Assembly: GCA_030141605.1 (NCBI GenBank)
Contig: JAQGDQ010000143.1
Span: 434,001-498,000, forward strand
From: Tubiluchus corallicola
Lineage: Eukaryota > Animalia > Priapulida
Direction: 5' to 3'
Length of the DNA stretch: 64,000 nt
The notes under the pieces are model-generated. The model made no database searches. It was not told where the DNA came from and was given only the letters and a program-made list of their open reading frames with translations. The position numbers and the translations under genes were made by a program. Shown piece after piece: positions 43,140-56,883 of the stretch. The first letter of the stretch is position 1. Each line of letters begins with the position of its first letter.

Positions 43140-43450
43140 AATAGTGTAGCTTAATGGTAGCCTGTTCGGTTCCCACCAGGGAGGTCGTGGGTTCAACTCC
43201 CGTCCGCGTCATACCAAGCATAAAAAATGGTACCGCTGGTTCCTCGACCAAGCACGCGGGTTTATCGAAGTAACTTGCGGATAATAATAATCGGGACCAC
43301 CTAGGAAATAAGTATAGTGGTACTTAAGGTATTATCCCTGGACTATGTCCTAGACTGTTCTAGCTCTACAAACAGTGAATTCTAGGTTGCGCCACCAGCA
43401 AGGCTTTTCTAGTATTTCATATGACACTTAAATGCATGGTATTATTACAA
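43140..43450 (+). mobile_element. tRNA-derived SINE with a Meta-domain-like central region
   Basis: The A box TAGCTTAATGG and B box GGTTCAACTCC are at tRNA spacing. They are followed by GTCATACCAAGCATAAAAAATGGTACCGCTGGTTCCTCGACCAAGCACGC, which resembles the MetaSINE conserved domain as I recall it. There is no intact acceptor stem and the 3' end is approximate. Confidence 0.7.
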
Positions 43451-44377
43451 TAGACCAGTAATAAAACTGTTTCAGCCTTTCCCTGCAGTGTTTAACTTCA
43501 ATGTTTATATTCGAAGAAAGAAATGACGAAAATTGCTAGTTCTTCGGCCACAAGCATTTGAACTAGGGAAGAAATTGATAGGCAGTAAATCCCTGCTTCA
43601 AATTATGACTAGGTTGATAATTTTTGTCACCTTTATTTCTTTATGAATACGTGAACTTAATGTAAATTCGTATAATTACGACCAAAGTACGACCAAATTA
43701 TAGAGGTTCGCAAACTACTGAACAGTTCGAAGAATACTAACAGTCTAATACATTCATTTAATTTTTTACTTTATAACACCACCTATCCCATGATTCTGTT
43801 TTTGGCAAAAAGAACTGTTGTTAAAAATCATTTCATCAACGAATTCATTTAAGATCGATTTTCATTAAATCACACATATTAGTGAAACACAAGGAAACAA
43901 TGTAGGAACCGATTAACTTGATTTATCATGTTTGTCTGTTTCGTTTGCCTACCTATTTGCAAACAATGATCCATCATTATATCTAACGACTGACATCTTT
44001 ACATTACATTACTGCTTGTAGAAGTCTACTGCAATTTTTCTACAGCTTTTTCTGCCACAGTCTACAAAAACTCATACTTTGTCTAATAATCTGTGCTGGC
44101 AAAATGACAAGTAGGCAATATTCTCCTCGACAGTCTTTTAACATCTTATTTCAATGTCATGTTTAAAATTAAGTAGTTATATAGCGGGGATTAGTACAAA
44201 GCTGCTATCCCAACGCTGGTGTCTATTACTGAACACGAGAGTGTGACAAGTCCGAAACCTAGTAATTAATTACTCATTTAAGATAAGACATTTTGCTCCC
44301 AGAGGTACAGATACGCAGGAAACAGAATTGATTTTTGTTTTACCAATGAACCACTAATAGTTGTGCAAACTTATTTC

Positions 44378-44435
44378 ATATATATGTATATATACAAATG
44401 CTTGTGCCCAAAAACTATATTATATGCATATACAT

Positions 44436-44479
<44 letters not shown>
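44378..44479. repeat. (TA)n/(CA)n microsatellite
   Basis: Directly visible. Confidence 0.9.
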
Positions 44480-44481
<2 letters not shown>

Positions 44482-46800
44482 GCAGCCCGGTTTATTTTTA
44501 GTTTTGCTTCGCTGGCATTGTGCACCTGCGACCTCATAATTTATACCCCTAAACCACGGTTTATGTTAATAATTATTCCAAGTTTACTTAATGTTCATTC
44601 ACTGTATATAATGAGTAAATGAGATTATGCGGAAAGATCTTGAACATCTGTGTGGCTGCTTCTTCAATTAATTAACCGTCACCTTAATTATTGTAAGAGT
44701 ATTGTTGTTTCAGCCTGTGCGGACGGGCGTGCGTCGTGTGCGCTGAGATTATGCCACAGTCTTTGGCGTCAGGGAGTTTTTTTACTGCAAAACTGGTGGG
44801 ACCTTTCTCCCACTGGTGATCAAAATTACGCTACTACTTGGTCACGTTTGCCTTCACTGACGCTGTTTTTAAGCTCTGCACTTCTGGCGCGCACAGCACT
44901 ATTTCACGTTTGATCGGTCCTATACAACTGAGTGAAAGAGGGAAGAAAATGTCAGTTCGCTCACGCGGCGTATGATTCTTTGGAGGACATAAGTGAAGTG
45001 CCACAGCTCCCTCTTGGTACAGTTAGAGCAAGCCTCTCACAAAGTACGCTATATCAGTCTGTCTTGATGTTGCTACTGTTTCACATTTTTTCTCCAAAGT
45101 TAGAATATTGCCAGTAGTTTCTGTGTTTATTGCATGCACATACGTCCCATTTTTACAGACAATATTATCGAAATGGCATGTCTTAAGGCACACAGTAGCT
45201 GATAATGTAAGCAATATTATTTAAATTTTGAATAATAGTTTATTAACAATAAAACCGTAATAAAATTAACACAAACTGCTGTTGCCTCAGATTTGTTACA
45301 ATTTTGCGGTGATAAAGTTTTATTTCCCAATAAAATAAACATAATGTTTGTCATATAGCAAATTATTCACCAGGCTAACATAAAATGAAGAAATTATAAG
45401 AGCCTTGCTGTGTTTTGACCTATAAAAACAAATGGAATTTAAATTTGATTTGGCATCATAAACGATATGCAGATAAAACCAATCTCAAAAGTAAATAGCA
45501 ATTATTAGTTATGGCGCTGTCTAGAAATTAGAGATCATTAACTCTATTTGACAATTTATGCGCAAAGTACATGAGTGAAATGAGTTTGACCTGAATCTTG
45601 CTGCCGTTTCTCATGCTGCTAATGTTGGCACCACCGCTGCTACAAATGAATAATTTTGGGTTTGAATTTGGGAAGTTATAGCAGTCACCGCATTAGTTAA
45701 AAGATCTTTTCTTTGCTCCAAAATAAAGCTGCAGCAGATTTGACATGCTTTCATTAACTCACAATTGTGCTGGCACTTTTTTCTCTGTAATATCTATCTC
45801 TCCATCTCTACGGGGACGACTGGTGCAATCTACTATAAAACCAGTTCTGCTATTAGTTATGCAACTGTGTGCAATGTACCGTTGCAATAGCGACATGCTG
45901 CAAAGTTATGTAAACTACTGACGCCTTCAGCCATTCAAGGGTGCTTAAGGTGACGTTTAGCATGCTTTCAACAACTCAGAAGCCACACTTGATAATGCAG
46001 TGTGGCTTAGCTTGTCAAGCTTGGTAAAATAAAATGATTTTTGCTTTTTCTGTTAAAATCAGTTAATGTTAACGTTATTTATCCGAAATTTGCAGCGGCC
46101 TTACACAGGGCTTTCATGTGCAATTTCTTTTCAACCCATCTGATAGGGCGAATGAATGAAACTCGACTAGAACCTCTAGATAATGTATTTTTCATTTACT
46201 GTCCTGGAGTAACTGTAACGCTGCTACTACAGCTGCTGCTTACACTTTACTACTGTTAGTCTTTTGAGTTGAGTATCATTTTAGAAAATTTCAGTATTTA
46301 TGTCTAAGCGACTTGGACTCAGTTAGCCTAACATGCGTGTTTTCTGTCTCCTATGATAAAATAATTTGCGATGTTGGTTTCCTCAGAATAATTGTACTTC
46401 CGCGAAGCATATAGACTCTTGAAGATAATTTGCGACGATTCGTTGGTCGACCGCCCATTACCCTAACGTTTAATGGGACGATGCTTATTACCATATTGCC
46501 TAACTTCTTATTTACGTTTCAGGAAATCAGGTATTATTACTCAGCATCTAGATTCATTATAACGTTTTCTGATGGAGAACAGCGGCAGCAGCAGCCAAGC
46601 AAGCGCAGACCTAATCAGATCCATAATGAGGTGATGTGATTACGCTGAACTGCTTACAATAACGTTCAGTGATTAATATAAAAGCATATAAGAACGTGGG
46701 TTACGCACAATTACCCACGTTCGATTCGGAGAGAACGGGCGCATTGAAATTGAGATAGTTTGACGACCTTAAAATGACTAAAAGCAGAATCTTTCAAAAT

Positions 46801-46802
<2 letters not shown>

Positions 46803-46859
<57 letters not shown>
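46803..46859. repeat. (CT)n microsatellite
   Basis: Directly visible. Confidence 0.95.
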
Positions 46860-46861
<2 letters not shown>

Positions 46862-47639
46862 CCTCATAATTTCAGTTTCTCCTCTTCAAACGAGTTGCAT
46901 AACAAATTATTATTATTATAAATTATTATCCACCTCGTACTGACCTAAAGAGAAAACTGATGCTTATTAGATAGTACATGCGTATTAAACAGTATCCTCC
47001 AGTATTGTGTTTATTTTGCTGCAAAGCAAATGTATCGCGTGCATTTGTTCATTGTGTCCATTTAATACGTCCACGACAGTTCATTTTACCATTAACTACC
47101 CAAATCATGTAATGACTATTGTGCGGCCTTGTTGTCCATTTCGAAGTGTTTCGGTTTAATTATTGCAGTCGTTCAGGTTACGTGTACTCGGAGATCTGCT
47201 CGTTAAAGATCTTCATTCAGTGACAACATGGATGTGAGATAGGTTTACATGACTCTAATAATGATCATCAAATATCACTATGCGCTATTATCGCTCTTAC
47301 TCATCTCTCATGACTAACGTACTCGAAATGTGTATCTTGGTCGCATTTTTAAACATAATGAAGTGCATTTTACTTTCGCGGTGATTAAGAGTGTGACAGG
47401 TGATGCAGCACTGCTGGTCTGTAACTTCATTTATTCGTTTACTCACACGCTCACTACTCAGCTAAATGGTTATAAATGTGTTTGTCGGTTTCTTTAAGGA
47501 TCTATTAAAATAAACAAGCAGTGCCTATACGAGCAGAAGAAATATAGAAGTCATTCGGAAATGGTGCAAGAAAAACCAAACGCATCGTTGCAAAATATAA
47601 GGAAAGTAACAGTCTTTTTGTTCAGCATGAACAGCATGA

Positions 47640-47997
47640 AATGAAAAGTTTTTGCAAACTAAAAGAAAAATAAATATTTCTTTGTCTGTAATGACAAAAG
47701 AAAACCAAAGGTGTCCGTACTGGCAAAGATAGAATTAAAAAGAAGAAAAAGAAGCAGAATAAAGGATCTATCTACAGGGAAAAGAGAACAACACCATAAA
47801 AACGAAATGTATTGTTCACTTAATGGAAGCACATACAGGAGAAAATTATGTGAAAAACTAAAGGAAATGAAAGTATCCATTATCTGCGACAATAGAAGGA
47901 AAAACAGCAATAAAAACTAAAACTTGGCTACAGGAAAGAAGGAAATCGTCAGACTGAAAAGAAACCCAAAGAATATTAATCTACAGAAATAAAAACA
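47640..47997. repeat. A-rich degenerate tandem repeat with a TACAGG(A/G)AAA anchor
   Basis: Variants tactggcaaag, ctacagggaaaag, atacaggagaaa, ctacaggaaag and ctacagaaat recur in a purine-rich background. Confidence 0.5.
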
Positions 47998-48239
47998 TTT
48001 GATTTTGTTTATCATAATTCGTACAGTTATGAGTCAAGGCAGAAAATTATCTTATAATTGAGCTAGTCATTAGGGTATCTATTACCTGTGTGTTGAGCAA
48101 ACACAGTTGGATCCTATTTCCAATTAGTAACTAACAGTGTAGCGTACCGTATTTTAGCCAATGTATCACATCTCGTATCATGGGATTTCAAAAACCAGTC
48201 ACTACTCACATTATCAGGTGACATTATTCTAAAGAAAAC

Positions 48240-48336
48240 GTGGAAGACGATGATAATGATGGCAATGTTGATGAGGTTGACCTAACAATGGCGACGGTAT
48301 CGATACTGCTGCTGCTGCTGATGCTAATGCTGCTGC

Positions 48337-48367
<31 letters not shown>

Positions 48368-48720
48368 GGTGGTGGTGGTGGTGGTGGTGATGATGATGAC
48401 GATTATGCTAATACCGATGACTATCATGACTGCAGCGTTAATATTGATTATCATGACAACCAATGGTGGTGTTTTAAAACGGCAGTGGTCGCAACCAACT
48501 ACAAGATCCAGCCAACAAGCACAGCAATGACAATGATGATGACGATGATCATGATGAGGAGGAGGAGGAGAAGGAGGAAGAAGATGAAGCAAAAGAAGAG
48601 GAGGAGGGGGACGACGACGACGATGACGACAATGACAACAATGTTGATGTTGATGTGTTGATATTGACAATAATAATGATGTTATTGTTAATGCTAATAA
48701 TAATGATCAAGATTATGAAG
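48240..48720. repeat. Compound trinucleotide region (GCT/GAT/GGT/GAG/GAC)
   Basis: Directly visible; it explains ORFs 48224- and 48240+. Confidence 0.9.
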
Positions 48721-49001
48721 GCAGTGATGTGAATGCGTTACCACTGGAAAAACTCCCTGAAAGCGGTTTCAGCTGACAGCCTGTGATTATTTCTTTCACC
48801 GAAGAAGAATGTGTGCAATCTGAAAGACAAGCTTATCCAGCTTCTCTCTTATTAGACATCTTTGGTAATTAAATAGGTTTCAGTCCTGCTACAATCGTTC
48901 AACATCAGTAATAAATTATCCCTTAACGTCAGTAGATCCTGCTGTTACAGAGCTGGATTTTAGGCTGTTATTGTCAAACAGATTTTATAGGTCAATTTTG
49001 A

Positions 49002-49030
49002 GCCATCTATTGCTGCTGCGCCATCTATTG
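49002..49030 (-). promoter_or_regulatory. Tandem CTCF-like motifs
   Basis: The minus strand reads CAATAGATGGCGC-AGCAG-CAATAGATGGC, similar to the invertebrate CTCF core CCA(C/A)TAGATGGCGC. Confidence 0.4.
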
Positions 49031-49449
49031 TTTGCACCTTTACTAATATTAATATGTCAGCCTCATTAAACTGATAATTGTGACTTATGTCAACCTGCCA
49101 GATTTCACTGGAAACCATGACGCCAATAATACGTCAATAGGACGATTCTGTTTATAAGCTCCAGCAATTTCTGCTAATTTTCCGGTAGATGTCAGACATC
49201 GACTTGAAGGTCCCAGTAGGTATAGCTTTACAAGATTTACGAGAATTACGACAGCTCATGACAAAGACTAGTTCGCTAGGGGAATCTCAAGAAGCTGATT
49301 AGTCTTCGAGCGACTGAAGGTCTATAAATCTTATCAAATAGATTCTGTTGAGAAATGGGCCGAACGACAGACGTGTTGACAGAGGGTTGTCTTTTGCTGG
49401 TCAAATTATGCTTGGCAGCTCTTTGTAAAGACAAATATGACAGATTCGA

Positions 49450-49597
49450 GCAGCTGTTGCTGTCGGTGTTGCTGCGGCTGCTGCTGCTGATGATGATAAT
49501 GATGATGATAATGATGGTGACGACGGCGGCGGCGGCGGCGGCGGCGATGATGATGATGGTGGTGGTGGTGTTAGCGATAATGACTGTGGTGGTGGTA

Positions 49598-49629
<32 letters not shown>

Positions 49630-49660
49630 AATGATGAAAATGGCGATGATACTGCTGCTT
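49450..49660. repeat. Compound trinucleotide region (GCT/GAT/GGC/GGT)
   Basis: Directly visible. Confidence 0.9.
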
Positions 49661-50248
49661 CTGCCGCTATTTGCGTCGCTTTCACGAAAAATTTCTACAC
49701 TGTGGTTTTAAGTCATCTAATAATTTGCTCAATTTCATGAAGCTTTCCAAGTTGTAGTAGGAAACAAAGTTTCGTAAGGTTATGCAGAATTTTTTGATAA
49801 CAAAATACTTCGCGTCAGTAACGATCATCTTAGGCCTGGAAAGATGGAAACAGTACACGAAAAATACATTTAAAACATGACAAATACTAACTTAACCTTA
49901 CTATATTTACTTCAACCAGTCAGCAGTACTACCTTTACTTATACGACGCCTATGCAGCAGTATTGAGTAGCCTTTGATCTAAACTTTATGGCAATGCTGC
50001 ACATATCCGTCGTTAAACGCATTTAACAAAAATTCTTAGGCAATTAACCCTTAACAAACAAGTTCTCCAACGAACGTAGGAGCCCTACTCTCTAGTATAA
50101 TACTACGCGTTGTTAAGGATGAAACTCAGTCTAGATCATTAGTGACTGAAAAAAACCTCTTACTCTATGCATCCTATTGAAGATTAGTATATGCCGAAAG
50201 TATCCAGATGCTGCATCAATGCAATTGATGATGTCCTACACATACATA

Positions 50249-50312
50249 TGTGTGTGTGTGTGTGCGTGCGTGTGTGCGTGCGTGCGTGCGTGCGTGCGTG
50301 TGTGTTTGCGTG
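50249..50312. repeat. (TG)n/(TGCG)n microsatellite
   Basis: Directly visible. Confidence 0.9.
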
Positions 50313-50804
50313 CATAGAATGTATACTCTTTTCTCTCTCACTGCCTCTCACTCCCTATCTCTCCCTCATATATAAAATGGGTCTCAAAACTCCTTAAAAC
50401 TTGATGTTGTTAGCACTAAGAGAGACAACAGTGACTCTAAGATTTACATCATCCCGTACATTGTTTACCTGGCAGTTTGACAGTTACCCTGATGTACCGG
50501 CATGCAAAAACAAAGTGCTTCAGTGCTGTACCAGCATATTGGGAAGCTTTCCTGTATCGTTGTGTCTTGTATCTTTTATATCTTGTAGACATTACTGGTG
50601 CATGAATACTTTTTAGCCCTCGTATCCTCGTAATAATTAGCTACAATATGTGCACATCTCATACAGCCACCTGCTCCCTGCTGTAAATCCTTCAAATTTG
50701 TTGCGCAAATCATGGCAGTATATTTACAAAAAGTCGTCCAGCTGCATTTTTCTCTAGTTTGTCAATGGAGGGAAGCCTGGACCTATTTTTTATAAGTTAC
50801 TGAT

Positions 50805-50984
<180 letters not shown>

Positions 50985-52474
50985 GAGCGTGTAGAGCAAT
51001 ATTTTACTAAAAGTGGAAGCTACAAATTATTTTGTATCCACGCAATTTCAAACATAGCAAGTTTTTAGAACAGCATCTTTTCTATGTCACTTCCTTATAA
51101 ATATACTGTTTTGCAGTAATCTAGATGTAGTTTTAGATAGAAATCCGTTTTTATCTTGTTCATGGTTTTTCAAGAGGTCATGATATTACCAAAATTAAGG
51201 AAAAAGTAGAAAGTTTTTGGTCGCGCTGTAGATTCTGTGATTGTGGCCAATGATTTTATGGTTCTGCGCTTTTCTCTTGTAATTATATCTGTTGTTTTTC
51301 TCTGTGACTGAATCTTTTCAAGAATGATATTTTTGTATTATGTATTATATATTATGTAGTATAATACATGCCTGCAGGCAATTTTTCAATTAGATCGTAA
51401 CCTTTTAAATTTATTTACACATGTACCATTTATAGGTCACATAGGCTACAAGCCAGGAGCTAAAATGGTTCTATTGTCACGTGACAGCAGTGGACAACAG
51501 TACATAAAATATCTGATGTTTGTATCAGTATTGAACAATGAACAACAAAGAAAACAATCACTTTTATTTTATCCAAATACAAGAAGTAAGTTGAAAAACT
51601 TTTGCCATTTTAAGGCAAAAAAATGTAGTGTTGTCATCCTTAATCGCACAAATTATTAAACAACAGTTCTGAAATTAATTTGATCAAAGTACTAGAGAGT
51701 GGCCATAGACGAAGATAGTTCAAGAATGTCGTCTGTATTGAAATCCCAGAAACCCAGGGAGCAATCAAGTTTTGTGCTAACGCTGTACTACAAAAAATAC
51801 ATGATGCGTTTTGCCGAGGTCACTAGGTCCTTCATGGAATGTGTCCGCGCGTTATAACAATGTGAGTTATCACTCAGCCAGACTCACTATACTCATTGGC
51901 CCAGTTATAATTTACATTTACATTTACTTTTTATAATTAATCGGCAAGCTTGCCTCAACGTTAGACGGAAAACAATGTGTCCTGCATCATTGACGTTACA
52001 ACCGTCACGCACCAATATACTCGCTAGTAAAACATTTTCCTGAAGAAAGTTGTGAATATTTAATCATTACTATTAAATATTTATTTTCATAACTTGTTGT
52101 ATTTTCGTCCGCACGATTTTGTAAAGCTGATTAATAGTCAGGTCAAGTCGTAAAAGAGCAAAATGTTCTCTGGCTGAATGCGTTTGCTTGAATTTCATTT
52201 ACGACAAGATTTCAAGTAATCCAGGCAGTTTGCGCAATCTTTACATGAGCGTTGTGAATCTAACAGTGAGATGGTTGGAGAAATTACAAACGATAGAATG
52301 TCTACTAGCCACACAATGGTTGAAAGTCTTTATATTTCTCGATTTAATCAACATAGAAACGTAGACTTCACGATTGGGTTCATTATTTTCTGTACAGATT
52401 TAGAATAGGTACTAAAGTTTGCTAGCTTAAGATCAAATGCAAGAGTATGGTACAACATTCTATAACAGTCGTAA

Positions 52475-53378
52475 GACTTTTAGCAAAGCTTCCACATTTT
52501 TGTTTTTTTTTTTGCTTCTCATAACCTCCACTGCCATTTTGTTTCTCGCAAAGCTTGAGATATTTCACTTTCAATGCAGCTCAACTCACAATTCATCTCC
52601 AACAGTCCTCCATCAACATTTTAAATTCCATCAACATGTCAAGCGCGAGATAACACTCAAATTTCTTTTCACTGCAAAAAATGTCGTGAGTAACTCACCT
52701 AAGCGTTCACACTAGATAGTAACTCGCAGGAAATCATCTCGCAACAACTGTCAGAGAATTTATAATTTCTTGCTAACAGCAACTCCCAAAGCAGTTAACG
52801 CTGGTAAGTTTGCTGTCAAAGAGAAAACTCGCAAAAAACTCGCTAGTCTGAGCGCGAAGTTACATTTAGCTTTATGAGAGTTCTATTCACACTCCACTTT
52901 TAGCACAGATTCGTCCAACTGTCCATTTAGCAAAGCGCCACACACAGTTTACTTTTATAAAAAGATTTAATAAAGCTCCATCCCTATTTCACTTTTAGCA
53001 AATTTTTATTTGCTCTCTCACAATAGCAATGCTTTATTCGAATTTCAATTTTAGTAAAGCATCATCCACATTTCAGTTTAGGTGATTTTTTATCTGCTTG
53101 TTTCATTTAGCAAAGCTTTTTTTATAAAATTTCGCTTTTAACAAAGCTGAAGTCATATTTCGCTTTACAAAAATTTTCTTGTAAGGTAGCAGACTCATTC
53201 AACGCTCGATATAGCAAAGCTTAATCCACATTTCAGTTTTAGTAGAACACGATTTTTACTACCCTTTTACATTTAGTAAACCTTTTTTTCTTAATTTTTT
53301 CTCCAGTCACACATTTTTTATGAAAGCTCTATTCAAACTATCTTTTTGGAAAAAAAAACATCCACATTTTACTTTAGG
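52475..53378. repeat. Degenerate ~30 bp minisatellite with a TTTAGCAAAGCT...CCACATTTC anchor
   Basis: Anchor variants recur at ~30 bp spacing, densest at 52895-53378. An unrelated AACTC-rich segment interrupts the array near 52670-52890. Confidence 0.7.
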
Positions 53379-56300
53379 CGTCGTCAACCTACCTGCATGT
53401 ATTAAGCATATACATTCATTTAATCGTACACCGATTTCTTTAATTCCCATGGTAGCTAGTTAAGCTGAGGTAACTGTAATTGGATACGCCTAGCATAATC
53501 TGACACAGGTCCATTAACTAACTATGGACTGTAATAACATCCCTTAGGAAACCACCAACAGAAATAACTGCTACAATAAACCTCTCACACGAAAAAACTG
53601 CAGAATATGTCTATTTGTGTCAATACAACGTCTAGGAAACCTAATTAATCTGGTTCAATTTATAGCTTGAAAAATAAATTCATCAGCGGGAATCGAACTC
53701 GTTACTTTCACCAACGAAAACATTATAAAAATGTTTTTGCTGTGGTATAGCGTGATCGATTGTGATTAAAGGACGGGGTGAAAGCTATGTGCGCAACATG
53801 GCAATAAAGAAGCTATATGAGTACAAAAATTATTTAACTTTTGTCAAAGTTATTAAATCATTAAAACTAAAACCTCGTGCTATTTTTTCTAGGGAAGATA
53901 CAATTATAATCAAGCATTATCGGTTCAAGACGGCTAAGCAAAACATAAATGGCACCTGATGCTAAAGGAAATCCCTAACGAATTTGTAATCATTTTCTCC
54001 AAATCCCATGCTTAAGTGGCGACATTGTGCTTGAAATCCTACAGTGAACATTGTGTCTCTGTTCTATCAATTATTCTTACGCACGTGACACAACACATGT
54101 CAGTTATAGAAGAGAAACCCGTATTCCTCAGGGGAGAAGAAATAGTTTTTGCTACACATGTAGCTTTACACATCATTATAGGCCATGTATGTGATGTAGC
54201 CTAGATAACAACTTGAATAACTGGAGAATTTGAGTTCGCTAAACGTTCAGGGTGTGTAATTTCGCTCAAGCTATATAATACTTGTGATGTACAGATCTTA
54301 CTCGTAGATTGCAAAACTTTATTACATTACAGTTACTCTTTATTGCAATGTTCCTTTGCTATAACAATACCCAATCACATTTTCGCCCCTGTTAGCTAGT
54401 AATTAGATGTTGACCTTAATTAATTATGTTCAGCTTAATTATACAACGTGCAAGCAATTTAACATGTAAAATGCAACAAACGCGCCCGTTTGTGTTTTAG
54501 ATAATATAGTGTCATATTCATCTGGCCCTATCCTATTGCTGTACGTAAAATTCCTGTTAAATTACCTGTACTGTAGAGCTTTGTTTTTACCTGAATGTGA
54601 CTCAAGACATTATGCTTAATTCTACCTTCTGATTTGTCGATTTGCAAAAGTTCAGAATTGCTTGGCTGTATTCACGTGCTCCAGTAAATTTGACTAGTCG
54701 TTCTGGGTTTGGTCTGGCAAGATGGACGGACGTCTCCCCTTATCTTACCAATTACTGTAGTTGTTTACTTTTACATACTTTCAAGTATATACGTCTTAGA
54801 ATTATGTGGCGATTGCTGCAACTTTCTAATAACCTAACGGATTTGATGTTGTTGACCTGGTACGGATATGGTTTACCAAGTGATGTACATAGACTCTTGC
54901 AAAGCTGTAAATATTTGCTGCACTTCGACTTGTTCAAGTGATTACGTAGAGAAAGCTAAGTGACCTGCTATCATGCAGGCACAAAGATCCAGGCAACCTG
55001 CTCGTCATTCAAGTGCTGAGGGGATGTCGTGGTCGTTAATGAGAGTTGGCTGGTTTAGTTTGGTGTGGTACGGAACCGGAAAAGTCCCACATTGGTTGAC
55101 ATAGGACGCATCGGATGCCAGGCGGTTTGATGGATGAATTGGGACGTGGTGATGGTCCATGGTAGAGGCGCCCACCGAGCTCATTCAAATTCAGTATCAG
55201 TCGAGTCTCTAATTCATTTTTATGTAATTGGGCAGTATCGCTTGTTCTGTGCAATACACTTATTATTATTATTAGCAAGTAAGATATCGTTTTTCTTTTT
55301 TTCTTTTTGTGTTTTTGGTCGTTGCTTCTTTAAAATACTTACAAAGATGAATTACTAGAAGCATTATGAAGTCATTACATTACACGTTTAGAAGTTATCA
55401 CATATCGAAATCATTTGCTTAGGCCAAAAATTATTGACCGGATACTCGACAGGTGTGAACTACGCTTTATTTTTCTTTTACCGAGATTTATAGAGATTAA
55501 TCCTGACATTTTCCAAATAACACTCACACCGTCACAATACCCAAGTTGAGTAATTTGCAGCATTAGGCTAGAACAGAGTCAATTGATTAATTGAAATTTA
55601 CGATGATCGGAAAAGTAACCAGAAAGTCTTCGATTCAAATATCAGAGGAGTGCAAAACTTTTCAGACATTCTAATTTAGCATTGGCTATGTGTGTTTATG
55701 TGACTACTTCTAATGTTTTCTTTTAGAACATTTTTATTTTTATTTTTTACTTTTCCTTGGGTTTTTTACTTTCTATGAAAGCTCAGATTTCTGTATTGTG
55801 GATGATGGATTAAACTCAAAATTGCTGAACTTTATATCCAACAATGCTCGGGAGAACGATATGTGAAATAATCGAGACACAACCTGGATTCTAACCAAGC
55901 TGTAATAACCAGGTTTTATAAGCAAGATATCCTTGTTTCAAACCCAAGACTCTGCCCGAGTTGTTCACCTTTTCTTTCCTCATAGCGAGCTCAACTTCAA
56001 TATTCACCAATAACTGTGGATTTACTCCATCATTAAGAATAACAATGTTGAAATTAAAATTGTGAATGATTAACTTTTATGTAGTATGGAAGAGTTAATT
56101 AGCGTTGTAAAGATAATATTCGTTTCGTAAAATATGAAAGTTTGTTTTTGAACATCTGTTCTTTTTAATGAGCAGCTAAAAACTTTAAGAGCGTAAAAGC
56201 AAAAGCGGGACACTTAACCTACTAGATGTTTTGGTAAGTGCTGAAATATGCAACACTTCAAAAACCTAACCAGGCATTACCATACTTTTTATTGCGTTAC

Positions 56301-56883
56301 CCACCCATCGTTAACCATTCAGCGTTTATTCAGAATGCTGTAATAATATTATTTCTCTTCTTTTAGCAGATCCGGACATTCGGAAATGATTAGAAAGCGC
56401 TTGAACGCCACTACGCCAGTGACGGGAAACACGCGGATGGCGTGTAAATAAATTAGAACTGTGTTTGGATGAGATTGCAGTATTTATTGCTAAACTCCTG
56501 TCGTAAACACTGCCTGTCTTGAAGGCCTTGGATCTATTTCTTTTGCTGAATAAAATCTATTTGAAGTCGGTTGACATGACTAGTGTTAAGAGCATCGATT
56601 CAGAGATAAATTGTGTGATCTGGATGGCGGTTAGATAAGTGCTGATAGAGCCTCTGGCTTTTACTCCGTTCTCTGACTTAGTGTACCTTCTCCACTTCAC
56701 TGCTTGATCTCAGTCAAGGCTAAGTACTTGCCTACATAATAATGGTATAAATTCATATTTAATTGAACTTTGAAAACAAACTTGAAAAAACGGGAGGTGC
56801 AAAGTTGTAAAATAGCTGGATTTAAACCACACAACTTCCGCTTTCTGGTAGTAAGTAAGTAACAAAGTAAGTAAGAGTAACGT

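Noticed and set aside
43140-43212. Functional tRNA gene
   Set aside because: A and B boxes are present, but the acceptor stem does not pair and the sequence continues into a SINE-like body.
46692-46722. 10 bp perfect hairpin GAACGTGGGT/ACCCACGTTC
   Set aside because: It is isolated, with no supporting element ends or RNA-gene context, and is compatible with chance.
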